Assembly: GCF_009914755.1 (NCBI RefSeq)
Contig: NC_060936.1
DNA: 64,000 bases
Source of the DNA: the human T2T-CHM13v2.0 reference genome, Homo sapiens
Strand: one strand, 5' to 3'
Made by a program: the position numbers and the translations under genes
Shown here: positions 1 through 18,739 of the stretch, piece after piece
Position numbering within the stretch: the first letter of the stretch is position 1
How the letters are laid out: each line of letters starts with the position of its first letter
Notes under the pieces: model-generated
Database searches by the model: none
What the model was told of the DNA's origin: nothing
The model's input: only the letters and a program-made list of their open reading frames with translations

Positions 1-1019
1 CAGAAGAGTATTTATGGAACAATCCCATGTGAGAGAGAGACTTTTTAAGGACATAGATGTATGCTTTTATTTACATAGAAAATTTCTAGAAGGATATACA
101 AAAAAACTGGCATCGAAGGTTATCATTAGGTAATGAGATGGAACTTGGTCTTATGTTCCTTTTTTCTTTTAAAAAAATTATGATCATGCATTGCTCCAAA
201 ATTTAAAAATAAAAAACTACTTAAAATGACTAGCATTTATTTGGCCATTTGCTCTTTCACTCACACAGTGAGATGTTAGGACTGTGTATCTGCCACTGGC
301 CTGTCTCCTTAGGAACTTGCAGTCTAGTAGGCCCTTGCATCTCTCAGCTTCACAGTCTGCTCTCCCTCTTCCCTATTTTATTCTCCATCAACACTGAATT
401 ACTGGTCAATTCCCTAAAAAAAACCTGCAGCTACATGCTACTATGCTTTCATATATGTGATTTTTGTTCCCTTACCTTTCCATCCCTTCTCACTAAATCT
501 GCCCAATTAATTTTTCTTAATTCTTGTTTGTCCTTTAAAGCCCCTTCCAAATATTAGTTACCTTCCTTTGTGAACTTCCCAGCTCACTCTCTTTTTTATT
601 TCCCAGCCAAGGGGAAAAAAATCTCTCCCTCCTGCTGCCTCTCATACATTATGCATATTTTTGTTATTGAACTTTGTACTTACCCTGCATCATAATTACT
701 AGCTCACATATGTGTCTTCCCTAAAAGTACAGTTTTATTCAGTGTTGTGTCCTGGTAATTAGCACAATGCTTGGCACAGAATAGATGCTCAAAAATATTT
801 TAATTCAATTGAATTCAGAACACAGGGCATTCTGGGTAGAATGAGCCACATAAACAAAGGCCAACGTTATGAATTATGAGAACCTGTTCCGAGGACATGA
901 GCTAGTTTGGCTAGATGGGAACATTCATACTGGGAAATATGATTTAATTATTTTGGCAAGGCTGATATTGGGGGCTCTTGAAAGCCATATAAAGCAGATT
1001 GAATATTGGTAAGTAAATA

Positions 1020-1385
1020 TTGATTGAATGAAGAACATTTCTCACTTCCTTCCAGTCTTTGCTGAAATCTCTCTTCTCAATAGGCTTATCCTGACCACCT
1101 CTTTAAAACTGTTGCCTCTTTATTCACCCATCCCCTGACTCCAGCATTCTTGATCTTCCTCTCCCTGTTCTTCCTCCTTTTCCCATAGCACTTGTCATCT
1201 TCTGTGTAGCACAGCCTATATGATTTACTCATTCATTACAGTTTTTATTTATTGTCTGTCTTTCCCACTAGAATTTAAACTCTTCGGGCCAAGACTATCT
1301 TGTTCACTGACCATTCCCAAGCACCTAGAACACTGTCTGACACATAGTAGGTGTCCAGTCAATATTTGTTGAGTGAATGAATCCT
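1020..1385 (+). mobile_element. L2 3' end
   Basis: GCACCTAGAACACTGTCTGACACATAGTAGG...AATATTTGTTGAGTGAATGAAT terminus. Confidence 0.7.
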
Positions 1386-1703
1386 AAATTAATGAACTTC
1401 AGTATCGTGTACAGAGCTGGCATAGAAGCTTAGGTATGATTCAAATGGCCTGTTTCTGAAAGAAACAAGTTTATTCTGTAAAACTGCCAAGATTGCATCA
1501 GCTATTTGTATTATAATCTGGGCAGGGCAGAGGGAGGGAGGTGGGGCAAACATTGTGTTAAGTTTGCTTGTTTAAAAACCAAGTTGGGAAGTAAAAAGTA
1601 TTAAAGACTTTTGAGTTTATGTATTCCTTACCTAGAAATCATTGTTTCATGTGGTGACTCATACCCATGCTTTAATAATTTCTCTCTCTTTCTTTCTCCA
1701 CAG

Positions 1704-1822
1704 ACCTTTGTAGTATTAAACAGAGGGAAAACTCTCTTCAGATTTAGTGCCACGCCTGCCTTGTACATTTTAAGTCCTTTTAACCTGATAAGAAGAATAG
1801 CTATTAAAATTTTGATACATTC
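1704..1822 (+). CDS. SCN8A: SCN8A coding exon 2 (119 bp), end of N-terminus
   Basis: tctccacAG acceptor; encodes [39 protein letters not shown](S), the Nav1.6 sequence; followed by ATATCCTT U12 donor. Confidence 0.96.
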
Positions 1823-3988
<2,166 letters not shown>

Positions 3989-4381
3989 TAAGTAACTCAT
4001 TTATGTGTGTGCTTGTTTGTTTTAAATATTTTTAGTCACTAAATCTTGCTTTGCCACAGTTTACCCATCAAGGAGAAAAAAAATTAGTTATTGCCTCTCT
4101 TTATTTCACAGAGAAGGCTGAAAGTACATGTGGAATTTAGGAAATAGCCCTCCCTAAAAGTCAACTCTAGAAATTACTGCCCTTCACTCCACCCTTTCCT
4201 GTGCCAGGCAGTGCCGTTGCCCTGCAGCCCCATCACCATCTTGTATCCTCAGTTCCTGGTGATACTGTTTTCTCCAATTTTAGGTTTCCCTGTTTTTTGA
4301 CTTCTCTAAGGTTAAAAACAGCTCTGGGGGGCCTCCTTACCTTCTTCAAAATGATCATGTACTAGATAGCTGCAAAGTTAA

Positions 4382-4750
<369 letters not shown>

Positions 4751-6279
4751 TAAGTTCTCCCCTTACTTTATTGGTGTTCTGGGTGTGATTCTGTGTGTGG
4801 AGTTGTACTCCTGGGTCTGTTTGTAGGTGTGCATTTGTGGACACAGCTGTATGAGGAATTAATGGATAACCATGTAAGGCCCTGTGGGCTTATGTCTATG
4901 ATTCTTGCTTGTGAGGGCCTCTTGTGGTTCAGGCGATGATAATGTGATTATGTGGGAGAAGGCAAGCAGAGGCTTTACAGCTGGGAGAGAAAGGAGGAGG
5001 TGATTTCCCATTGGCACTCTCTCGTATTTTATTCCTCCTTGTAACGATCACGGTTTGCACACCTATCATTACAAGGCCTCTGTGAAGACTTGAAATTTTT
5101 TAGTTGTAAACTTTCAGCTGAAAATTAGTTTCCTGGGTATGTCTTACCGTATGTAATTTAATAAGGCTGGCCAGGAGTTGCAGACTTCAGAGCACATTTT
5201 AGAGTCAAAACATGAGCCAAGGTACCCACACTGGCACTTCCTGAAGAGTTACTAACCAGAATTTCGAACTATTGCTCAAGATCAGTGTAACTCCACATTG
5301 GTATGTTACTGCTCTTGCTCATTTGTGTTGTTTTAGCAATAAAAATGTATCTTTGGGAAACTTAGCTGATGATAGAAGAGTTATAGCAGGCTTTAATATT
5401 TTTATTTCCAGGTTGGGAAAGCGTTTTGTGGTTTGAGAGTGTAGTGGGGGTGGTGTATAGGTTTTGCATGTATGCATGATGTGTAAGAAAGAGTGCATTT
5501 AAATATGTATTGATCTGAGCATCTGGTGGAAAGATGTATTTCAACTGTAAAATGTGAATAAATGATATGCATCGAATACTTGAAACTGAAACTGACTTTC
5601 TGTTATATAAAGGCAATGTCTTACTTTCTAGCATTATGAATACACATTAGTGTTCATTTAAAATTTTTAAGTGTCCTTGCTAGGCACAGAGCTTGTAATT
5701 AAAATGAGCACTTAACACAATATTTGCTCTGATCCCATGATTTGGATTTTCCTGAGCCCTGCTTTTGTATGTCACAGGCCAAAACTTCGTTTATAGACAT
5801 GACTACAATCATATGATTACAACTCCTGATTAAGTCATATATACAGACATTTAGTCAATTTTGCCATTGTCAACTAGGGAGTTACTTTAATGTAGATTTG
5901 TTTTTGTGGGGCTCCTGCTGCAGAAATTTGTCTCCCTCTCTTAAGAAATTGTTCGCAAAACCTGGGAACATAAGTCTTTGATACCTCCTGGCCTTCCTTT
6001 TTACTAAAAAATGTGAATGGGCTGACAGTAAAGCCATTCTGATTGGGATCAGCACATTACTATGCTGATTAAAGGAGTAAATCCCAAAAACCTCCTTTCT
6101 AATATACTTTTGAATTCTTCTTGTCCAATTAAAAACAAATGTTCCTTAAATGTTTGTATTTTGAAGCTTTTCTTTTTCAAGGAAAAAAAATGAAACCATA
6201 GCTTGTATATAAGACCCTTTCTTCCCCCCATTCTCAAACCCTCGCCCAGTGGTACCATTACAAGTTAACTTTGGTTTGA

Positions 6280-6402
<123 letters not shown>

Positions 6403-6430
6403 TAGGTGTTGGGATAGGGCCCTGACGTGA

Positions 6431-6643
<213 letters not shown>

Positions 6644-7457
6644 TAAGACTGACTTTGCCACATCTCCTCTTTCTCCTCCATTCGTTTTGTCCACCATTCT
6701 AAAGCAGCATCAGTACAGTTGATAATGGCCTTGCATTCTGCATGTTTTTCCTGGGAGACATTCTCTGGAATGGCCGTTGGGTCCTCAGGCAGTTTTCTCT
6801 GAGTGCTTGCCAGGCATGCAGCCCCCATTCCATCCATGCTATTGAAAAAGCACGTGCTTAAGAATCACTTGGATCTCACCATATTTGAAAAAATTGTCAC
6901 AGAGCTAGCTGTCTCTTTGTATATAAATCATTTGCTTCCTGGCTCCATGGAATTACAGTAATTTTGACATTTGCCATCATTTCATTGCTTGTGATTTCTA
7001 GGCTTCCTATCGCATGGTTTGCTGATGGGACGTTATTCAAAGAATTATACATTTACTATTACTATATTAATGAAATTTTTTAATCACAGAAGAGATCTAC
7101 CCAGTTAACTAATCCAGTATCAGAGACAAATTTAAGAGACTTGGAGTTAGTGAACTGCACTTAAATAATCACTGTCTATCATGTTCTACTGCTGTCTGTC
7201 TCACTAGAATAAGAACCAGTAGACATCTACTGTACATATTCAGGGTTCATTCTCAGACATAAATCCCAATGAAAGCTTATGCAGGCACTGTTAAAAAAAA
7301 ATCAAAGGTAAGATAAGATACAACTAAAGGTATGGGCAACAAAAAGTATAGAAGTTTGAGGGGGAAAAACAGAATCAGTAGGTGAGTTGAGAGTTAGTTG
7401 ATTGACAACCTCTTTAAAATTTGTGCCTTTTTCTTTTTGGTTCTGGTTGAGCTAGCC

Positions 7458-7560
7458 CAGTGGTTCTTAACCTTTTGAAGGTTTTGGATCCCTTTGAGAA
7501 TCAGATGAAAGTTCACAGACCCCCCCCGAAGCCCATCCATGGACCCCAGGTTAAGATTCC
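7458..7560. mobile_element. Short hAT MITE remnant
   Basis: CAGTGGTTCTTAACCT ... CAGGTTAAGA inverted ends. Confidence 0.55.
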
Positions 7561-7889
7561 TTAATTTAATTTAAATCATTGCTACTGGGTAATACTTATC
7601 TTTCTAAAGACCAGTCTTGAAATCTTAAAGGAAAGATATTTTAGTTAGTATTGTGAGCCTAAGATATACTGGCAGTAACTTGGCAGAGGTGAAGACTGTG
7701 TTGTTGCTCTTTGGACTTTAGTTGTGGTCATGGGTTTTCAAGGAAGACTCCGTAGAGACCAGGCTTTCCACAGCAGTTTCGTAGAAATAGGAATGTGGAG
7801 AAAGAACAGAGGCATCCTATTCTTATCCTATTCCTATTACGTGGCTCTTCCCCTTGTGGCTGACTCAGAAATATCTCTCTTTTTAAAAT

Positions 7890-8192
7890 TTATTTTTATT
7901 TTCTAGAGACAGGGTCTCACTCTGTTGCCCAGGCTGGAGTGGTACGATGATGGCTCACTGCAGCCTTGACTTCCAGGGCCCAAGTGATCCTTCCTTCTCA
8001 GCCTTCCAAGTAGCTGAGACCACAGGTGCATGCCATCACACCCAGCTCATTTTTAAAAAAAAATTTTTTTGTAGAGACAGGGTCTCCCTATGTGTTGCCC
8101 AGGCTGGCTGCCAACTCCTGGGCTCAAGCAATCTTCCTGCATCAGCCTCCCAAAGTGCTGGGATTACAGGCATGAACCACTGCATCTGGCCC
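7890..8192 (-). mobile_element. AluJ-like
   Basis: antisense Alu dimer, diverged. Confidence 0.85.
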
Positions 8193-11019
8193 AGAAATAT
8201 TTCTTTTTCCCCTTTTTAACATTATCTCAATAGCAGATAGAGAGGGAAGCACAAAGATAGAATCCTGGAGAGGGCAGACTGGAATGTGGTTTACTGAGAA
8301 CCTCAAAGAAGGTAAATTCATCTTCACCACTTACAAATTTGGGCCATGGAGTTGGCCAGTAAATCAGTGCCCTACCAAAGATGAATTCCTATATTTTTAG
8401 CGATGGTAGCTGACTCCCTATCAACCAAAGGCTGGGTGTCAGTTGGAGTATATACTTCTTGGCAAAAAACTACAACCTTAACTTACCAAGATTTAGTTCC
8501 TAGCCATTTTAAATCTGCTTAACAGAAAGCTCAGCTCATTCTCCAGACAGCCTCAGATAGCTCATTGATGGTGGCCTAATCTTTAGGCAAGCCCTGTCTT
8601 ATTTTTTGAGGTATCTGGAATGCCACATCTTTACTTTCCTTTTTCCTATGGTGTCTCTCCTCCTCTGGCCCCTTTTAAATATGATCTTGTGTTTTCTGCT
8701 CACTTCCCTCAGCGTACTCTGCAAGGCATCTGTCTCTTTATGTTCCTGTGATCTCAAAACTTCTCTCCCAGAATTAAATTGGAAAGCTGTATTCTATTCA
8801 CTAACTAGGGCAGCAGATGCTGTCTCTAGTCTAGCTCATAGCTTCTGTCTCTGTCTCTGCTATATGGTTAACTTTTGACCATGGCATTTCTGCAAGATAA
8901 CTCTTGATTGGTGTCACGTTATTTATTCTTTGTATATATCCTTAATATGTCATGTTATTTATCCTTTATATATATATATATATCTGGAATATATGCAGTA
9001 TCTAACACAGTGGTGCCTGGCCCATAGTAGTGCTCCATAAATGATTGTAGTAGCAGCACTTATGATTATAAAGAAACCTAAGCCAATAGAAAGGGTTTGT
9101 ATCAAGATTTAGACATCAGCTTCACAGTTTGAAATAGAGTCCCAGATTCCTATTTCTAGAAGCACCCCCAATTGAGCTGGCTTTGGGAGGCTAACTGGGG
9201 TGGAAAATAACATTAAGGGATAGTAAAGCGAATAATAGATCACTGTCAGTAAATGGTATATTTGGTTCTTGAATTAAAAGTGTGGCTCTCAGTCTCAATC
9301 TTTTTGCTCCCGATTCTATGTTTTAGAGTTAGCAAGAGAAATCCAGTAATGAAGTTTCCCTCATGGGAAGTTTTCTCTCATCCCATGGGAAATTCTGAAA
9401 TTGCTGATTATGCTTTCTCCCATAGAGGGCTGTTGTGCTATTCCTACCTGCCTGCTATGCAGTCTCCTTCCAAGGCGGGAGCACCAGTGTATGAGTCAGT
9501 GGATCTGGGCCATCTCTTGCTTGGAAGTATGTCATTTTGATTCTTGTGTGGTAGAGCTGGCCCATGATTCCCCCTTAGTAAAAACCATTGTTCTGTATAC
9601 CAAGTTTTCTCGTGGATCACTTCAGTGGAATTGTTGTTCTCTTTGTCTTCTCCTCTTCCCAGTTTGGTTATAGACTACTGCCAAGGGTGCCAAAAATAGA
9701 ATGTAAGTGAGAGCAACCACTGACCTGGAGCCTGCAAGGTCTCACAAAGCTCCCTGTGTATCAACTTCCTTTATGAGAGCTTTTCCTTTCCTAGAGCACT
9801 CACCCACCCCCAACCTGGGCTGATACTGTCCTTCCTCTTTGTGTCTTTGGTAGATATTCTGAGTATGTCAGGGCCGCCAGGACTCCTGAAGATTGGACAG
9901 TAAGGTGCATCAGTTAGCTCTGCCCTTTTCTGTAAGAAATGCTTTGCTTTACAGCTTTCTTGTAGCTCAGAAAAGACCAAACCCACCTTCTGACCCTTTT
10001 TACTTTACTTGACTTGGATACATACTATTTATGCTTTCCGTTTTGCTCCAGAGGCAGCAACTTGGAGAACAGTGTACACAAGGTCTGTGCTAAAAGGGTC
10101 GGTTATAGAGGAGACCCTTTCTAAATTTTCTTTAGTCTGGAATTTGTCAGGTTCACCTTGACATTGAAATATTCTGCCTAAAAGTTTATATGTCTTAAAA
10201 CTTTGTTTTCACTTTGTATTTGTCTGAGTCCCGCATAAAGTGAACTTCTAAGTGACTCTGTCAGAAGTTTTGTCCTCTGCATGCTTTGATCATGTGCCAC
10301 AGGGCTGACATGCCCAAAGAAAGGGTGGGAATCTCGAAAGAGTTTCTCAGGTTCTTCTTAGCAGCATTTAATAGTATAAGTACTAATAGAACTGGTTGAG
10401 AGAAACTCACTTGTCAGTTTCTTTTCATTTCTGTCATTTAAATGGCTCCCCCAAAGCACTGCTTATCTGCTGCTCATTAGCACTTATTTAATTTCATTCC
10501 ACCTTCTTTAGAATTGTACTTTCTTGATTATTTTTCTCTTGGCAATTTTATTTCTCAGCTTTCATTTCTGTTACTTTCACTCCTAACCAGTGGGATCAGA
10601 CAGGAAGCAGGGAAAATGATAGGCCTTTCTTTTTCCCATCCCAGTATTCACAAAGAAAGCATTTTCTTTAAACGTATACTTTGTGAATGTGGCAATTTCT
10701 GCTGCATAATGATGGGAGATATAAACGGTTTTAAGACTATATCCTGACTCATTGTCTCTTTTAAACTATTCTGGTTATTCTCTTGCCTTTGTATTTCTCC
10801 TTTTCCCACATTGCTTCTTAGGAAAGATAAAGTTTAACAGTGGTCCTAAGTGAAAAAACACTAAATGCTCACAGGATCCCACTGACCCATCTTTGAGAGC
10901 TAGTTTAGTTTTGGTCACACTTTGTGATGTGAATCAGGTCTCGAGTAAATAAATCTAGAGTCCCCCAATCTCTTTCAAATTACTGTTGCTCTAAAGAATC
11001 TTCAAGAGCTATCACTGTA

Positions 11020-11195
11020 GGCTGGGTGCAGTGGTACACACCTATAGTCCCAGCTAATCAGGAGGCTGAGGCAGAGGATCACTTGAGCCCAGGAGTTCGA
11101 GGCTGCGTTGAGCTGTGACCACACCTGTGAGTAGCCACTGCATTCCAACCTGGGCAGCATAGTGCGATCTTGTCTCTTAATGAATAAATAAATAA
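11020..11195 (+). mobile_element. FAM (fossil Alu monomer)
   Basis: retains the 7SL-derived CCTGTGAGTAGCCACTGCA segment that dimeric Alus lack. Confidence 0.75.
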
Positions 11196-11449
11196 ATATT
11201 ATCATGAGGATTGCAGTTGCAGCAGGAAAAGTCAACACAGCACACTACTTTACCCCTATGCTTTGTCTGAACCCAAGCCTAACTCTGGGAACAGGGCAGT
11301 TGTTCTTTCCCTGGGTTGAGAACTGCTTGTTATTGCTACTGAGGCCTGTTTCAATATTAACTTTGTAGGGGAATTAGCTCACATTGCTTCAAACCACTTA
11401 GATTTCTCAACCTGAGCTACAAACTAGGGAATATGAATTAGCTTTATTT

Positions 11450-11760
<311 letters not shown>

Positions 11761-14278
11761 CAAATTAACTTTATTTATAATCTGGCCATCCAGTGGTGGA
11801 AGACTTTGACCCCAATATGCTTGACTGATTTTTCTGGACATAGCACATAGGCAGGCATTGTTCATTTGTTCACAGGATTCCTGGGCATTGTGAAACGTGA
11901 CAGGAGATTCAGAAGTACCTTTGGACATAGAGTAGAATTCTTCACCTGCTTCTTAAAATTCCTTAAATATCCAGCTTTCCCTCTTGTCACTGACCGTTCT
12001 CTACATTGAATCCAGCTGTCTTTTCTTGGCCTGTGGTAAATGTATTAACTGTTTCTACTCAGACACGTACCAAAGCGAGCTAATGTTAGCCTTTTCCAAG
12101 AGTTCTCACTGTCCAATTTGCCCCCACGTGGCTTCTGTTGCACACTCTGTTGTGTAGGAGTCTTTTGAAGAAGCATTCTGCTGTTTTGGATAATTGGTTT
12201 TCAGTCAGTATCTTGCTTGTTCTGGAATGTGATGTTGTGAGCCAATAGAATAAAAAGACAGTGTCTCTGTATAGCCAGAATGATGGCATTCTACATTCTG
12301 GCTTGTGTCAGGTCAGGAATTCTACTAACAACTTTTTGCCTTTATTGACAGGTGTTGATGGTACGAGGGAGCGCTTTCAGGCAGTCACAGCTGGCAAGAC
12401 TGTAGAGCTTGAGCTTAGGAAATGAATTGATGGCATCATCTCCATAAATTGGCATTGATGTCTGCAAATATGGCCATTTGCAATTTATCCTAATGCAAGG
12501 AAGAAGAGTCTTGGCTGAGACCAATGTATAGTTCAGTGACTGTTTATTATTTAATATTGCTGTGTGATCATGTGCCTTCCTTTACCTGAAAACATGAAGC
12601 CGCATCACCTTTCTTCTTCTTTTTCCTTTGCCTTCTCATTTTCTCTTGGTGATCTGGATGGGAATCTTGGAGAGTAAACCTTTTAGATTGCTGTAGTTAG
12701 TGTTATTTAGTGATTATCCTTGCTTAATTAAGATTTATCTGACCCTCTGTGAAGTATAAGCAGCTGAATACCATTTCCAATTAAGTTTCTACTTTAAACA
12801 TCTTAAAAGCTAACTCACCAATGAGATGATCTAAGCCCCAGACTTCAAAGCTGAGGCTTGAAAAAGTGTCTTTTTAGCTTCCTTGACTCATGTTTACACA
12901 TTTCTTTAGCAATAACATCTGGTTTATGGAGAAGAGATGTTAAACCAGCTGATTGTGAGCATTTGGGTCCATCTCCAGGAAAGTGAATTCCATGCAGGCT
13001 TGGCATATCAGATTAGTGGGGGTCATCTCTGGTTGCAAGTAGCAGGACACAGGAATAATTCAGGGAACCCAAGGGCTGGAATGCACTTGTGCTTCTGGGA
13101 AGCCAGTAGAAACCAGAATGCAGAGCCAGAAAGCCACAGGTACAAGGAAGTACTTTGTCTCCATCTCTCTTCTCTCCACGTGTCCATTTCTCTCTCTCAG
13201 CATACTAACTGCCTTTACTGCTCAGTCACATCTTAATATAATGACAGAATATGGCTACCACTTAGCTTCCAAATTTATTTATTACCATTCTCACCACATG
13301 AAAATATTACTCAACTGTCTCTTATCCTGTTCCAAATTCCTGTAGGAAAGGATCTGGATTTAGGTCAGATGTCCACCCAGACATCTGCAACTACTGAGAG
13401 AAGGTGACCTTGTACAGACATGGCTGCTGAGAGCTCATTCTTAAGGAACAGGGGATAGTTGGAGCTCATGGCCTAGAATTTCCACTTATGTGGACCTGGA
13501 ACTGTCAAAGAGCTCCCAGCCCAGGAAAATCAGATTCTACTCATGCTAAAATTGTATGCTTTTCAAATTATTTACTTACAAACTCAGTGGTTTGGCTATT
13601 TTGTAGTATTATACTCTTGTTACTAATACAAAAGACAGCTTACAGCTCATTTCTCAATTCAGTAAAATAGCAATGGTAAAGTCCTTTAACAGTCATCTGG
13701 TGTTTGGAAAGGTGATTGTCTGAATCGTCTGGAGAGATGGCTGTATAGGCTTCATAAAAAAGTCCAGGAAAAAGAAACTGTACAACCATTTTTAGTGACC
13801 CATTCAAGTATTATTTTTTAAATCAGTCTATGACTTTGAAAACAGTAAACTTGCGTAATTTTAGAAGCCTAGGATTGAATTATTGATTCAATATAGGCCC
13901 ACTCCAACCCAGTCAAAATATAATGAGGACTTCTCTGTTCCTTAGCAACTAAATGAAAATAAATTCCATTACACTGGAACAATTTTTATTTCTTGATGGC
14001 TGCCTTCTACTTTATTCCACCAGTACCTTCTTACCTAGCTGTGTGATTATGATACGATTTCCCAGGGCCTTAGGTTTAAAAGATAGCTTGAAATTTCAAT
14101 TACTTAATCTCAATCAAATAAACATCTCTGCCTTATTTTGAAAGACTTTTGGAGAAGATTCTTCAGCTTCTCCACTACTGCCCACTGCTGTGTAGTGGTG
14201 TGTTTATCCATGTTCTGTAGATGAGAAAATGAGACTATGAGAAGTAACCTTAAATTTGATTTGAAACACAATAGGTCA

Positions 14279-14696
<418 letters not shown>

Positions 14697-15354
14697 TCAG
14701 ATTATAAATGCTTTGTTTCCTGGAGCCCAAGCAAGCGCTTCATAATCCCTTTGTGGCCACAGTCTCCATGGAAGGCTCACTCTAAGAAAGCACAGGACTC
14801 TGCATCCTTTATCTCTACAGTCTACCTCTTGGTTCTTTTTTCTTTAATTCCTCTTAGATCCCTTTTAAGATATTTGTGTAAGAGGAGAGAACTTTCTCAT
14901 TCATTTACTCTCCCAATAAAAATGTATTAAGTGGCTGCCTTTGTGCCAGGTCTTGTGCTAGGCAGAGCATCCATTTCTATTATTGGACTCAGAAAATTCT
15001 ATTGGGCTCGACTTTGAAAAGTCTAGGTGATTACTTGCAAAATACAGCAAAAGAAGAATCATGTCCATACCACCCATTAGATCACCATTATATGAGGTTA
15101 GCCCTGAGCAGTGCCATTTTCCCAATCATGTCCCTTTGAGGAGGGTACCATATGTAAAATAGTGATAACAAGTGTTGAGTGCCAGCTATGTGCCAGGAAC
15201 TTTACTAGGTATTTTATATAAATTATCTATTTAAACCTAACAACAACCCAATGAGGTTGGTATTGTAAATCCATTTTTATAGATGAGTAGACTGAGGTTC
15301 AGACAATAATGGTCAACATTTGACTCATTTGCTATGTACTAAATGCTTTGTGAA

Positions 15355-15685
15355 GTTTTTTTTGTTTTTGTTTTTTTGTTGTTGTTGTTTTGTTTTTGAG
15401 ACGGAGTCTCGCTCTGTTGACCAGGCTGGAGTGCAGTGGCGCAATCTTGGCTCACTGGAACCTCCACCCCCGCACCGGGTTCAAGTGGTTCTCCCACCTT
15501 AGCCTCCCACAGTAGCTGGGATTACAGGCGTATGCCACCACACCTGGCTAATTTTTGTATTTTTAGTAGAGATGGGGTTTCACCGTGTTGGCCAGGCTGG
15601 TCTTGAACTCCCGACCTCAGGTGATCCACCTTTCTTGGCCTCCCAAAGTGCTGGGATTACAGGGGTGACCTACTGCGCCCAGCTG
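15355..15685 (-). mobile_element. AluS-like within a MIR region
   Basis: antisense dimer; TGCTTTGT repeated on both sides. Confidence 0.88.
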
Positions 15686-16479
15686 CTTTGTCAGGTGTTT
15701 TATATGAACCACACTTAATCCTCACAGCAGCCCTATGATACTCAACTATAATTTTCCCTACTTTAAAGATGAAAAAACAGATTCTAAGAGGTTAGAAGGC
15801 GTATTGCGTAGGTCAGACAAGTAAGCGGCATAACTTAGTTAAGATTAGTGATTATCTACCCAGGCACACCCTTCAAAGCCAGGATTAGGATTCCCTTGAA
15901 TTTCAGTTCAGTGGTCTTGCCTTCAGAAGTGAGCAGGGATGAGATTCTTCCTGAGGCCTGTGTGTCAAGGCTTAGCGCCTGCCTCTTGCTCATCCTGGTG
16001 CATTGGCTACCAAGAGTGCTCAGTGCTTTGTTGGCCGTATCCTATGGATAGCCTGATATCTGGGCACGTAAAGACTCATTTGGACCCAAAAAGCATGAAC
16101 CTACAACCATATTTTTCTGTCTCTTCTGTCACTGATCTCTCCATGTGCAATTAAGAAATACACCTTCAGTCTACATTTGAGCCAGTGTCTTACATTTAAA
16201 CTTTAAATTAAAATGTTTTTAATGTTTTTGTTTTTAATTTAGGACAGAAAAAAGATCATTGTAGAAAGCAGGCAATGTATGTGATACAGAAGAAGTATAT
16301 TTTTAAATGGAAAAAGACAAAGTATAAATACTGGATTAATAATAACCTTTTCAATACCTTGGCATTTCCAGAATCCTTGGGAAAATATTATTGTACCTTC
16401 TCATTTATTATTGGCTTTTAAACTTCCCAGTGGTTTTCTTTCTAACCTGGAGGCCTCCTCAATTCCTGATTTTTCCATT

Positions 16480-16820
16480 TGTTTCTTTGACAAATATTTA
16501 CTAAATACCTACTGTGGGCTAGGCACTATAGATACAGCTGTGAACAAGGTAGATGTAAAAAATCAATTATAACCATGACAAATGCTACAGAAGAAAGTAT
16601 AAGATGCTACTGAAACACTAGTAACAATGGAGAGGAAGAAGAGTTGCAAAGTCAGAGAAGGCTTTCTGGAAGAATTGACGTTTAAACTGGGCCTTGAAGG
16701 ATGAGTAGGATTTAGGCACAGAGGACAAGATAATATAGCAGGGAGCATTCCAGGCAGAGGGAACAGCAGGTATGAAGGCCCTATGGCAAGTAAGAGCTGG
16801 GCTCATATGGGGAACCAAAA
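16480..16820 (-). mobile_element. L2 fragment
   Basis: AAATATTTACTAAATACCTACTGTGGGCTAGGCAC...GCATTCCAGGCAGAGGGAACAGC. Confidence 0.65.
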
Positions 16821-17100
16821 AGTAGTCAGAGATGGGAAAGTGTTCCCAGGAAGAAAGGAGCCACATGTTGGCAGAAGAATCTTTCTTTTGCTTTTTAAGA
16901 TGTATTCACTTAAAAATGGATACTTCTGGAATATTGATAATTTTGCTGACCTATTATTATTCTCATGGCATAAATATAAAGTGGCCATATTTCAAGAGTG
17001 GTGCTGTGGGGAGGAGTAGCAGCCAGTGGCTAAGAGGGAGGCTTGGGGAGGTGGGGAGGGCTTTGAGGTGCCTCTGATTCCGGGGATTCTGTCTCCTCAG

Positions 17101-17322
17101 GCCTGAAGACAATTGTGGGTGCCCTGATTCAGTCTGTGAAGAAACTGTCAGATGTGATGATCCTGACAGTGTTCTGCCTGAGTGTTTTTGCCTTGATCGG
17201 ACTGCAGCTGTTCATGGGGAACCTTCGAAACAAGTGTGTTGTGTGGCCCATAAACTTCAACGAGAGCTATCTTGAAAATGGCACCAAAGGCTTTGATTGG
17301 GAAGAGTATATCAACAATAAAA
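17101..17322 (+). CDS. SCN8A: SCN8A coding exon 6 (222 bp), DI S4-S5 linker, S5, extracellular loop
   Basis: ctcctcAG acceptor; [45 protein letters not shown]...EEYINNK; GTAGGT donor. Confidence 0.96.
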
Positions 17323-17369
17323 GTAGGTGGCCTCTTCTCTGCAAGAGGAATAGGAAAAGTCTATTCCTA

Positions 17370-17779
<410 letters not shown>

Positions 17780-18613
17780 TTATTCCTTTCCTCGACGTAG
17801 GATTGTGTTCAGAAGCTCTCAAACATCAGCCCTCTCTCTCCCTTTTTCGCATGTACCCCTAAACTTTTGCTTTGAAATTCAGGCTTAGAAGCTTGATAAA
17901 AATTATTTTTTTCCCTAGCTGAGTTACTTGGGATATTTACACATTTAGTCCAGAATGTATCTATGGAACTCAAATTTTCTTAATACTACTAAGACTATTG
18001 CAGTCGATCTAGTCTAGGGAATCAGGTGATCTTTAAGGCACTATTCAATCCTATTACAGTTGAGTAGTTTTAATCATTTTATTTGAGGAACCAAAGGAAA
18101 ATTTGATGTAGTGATACTTCTTTAGACTCATGAAAAAAGTTAGAGATGTCACTATTAGTCATTCCTGAGAAAATAAAGTCAGTTTAGTAACCATAAGAAA
18201 GTGTTGCAAAGGAGATTTCGGGGACATATGCTGGAAAGGAAAACATGCCTTGTAATTTAAAGTAGGACCTAGTATCTAGTGACCAATGAGCTCTAAAATA
18301 TCTTTGATAAAGACACGTTGTAAGGATAGAAGAATAGAGTGGTATAAAGGGGTGTACAACTCAGAAAACTTACTTTTAGGTCCCTTTGATTCAAGTACCA
18401 GAATCTGGCATATAGATTTGAAGTATGAATGGAAGTTGGGTGTCTGTGAAAACTATATTGCATCAAGAACTTTGGGATAGCACTTTTAATTTGTAAATAT
18501 ATATAAGAAAATCATTAATAGGAAAGAATTCTTATCAGCTGTCACAGCTGTTGGAAAAGATTTATGAGCTAAAGTCAATAACTTTCTGCTGGGGCTAGTT
18601 AGGAACAGTGTAA

Positions 18614-18739
<126 letters not shown>
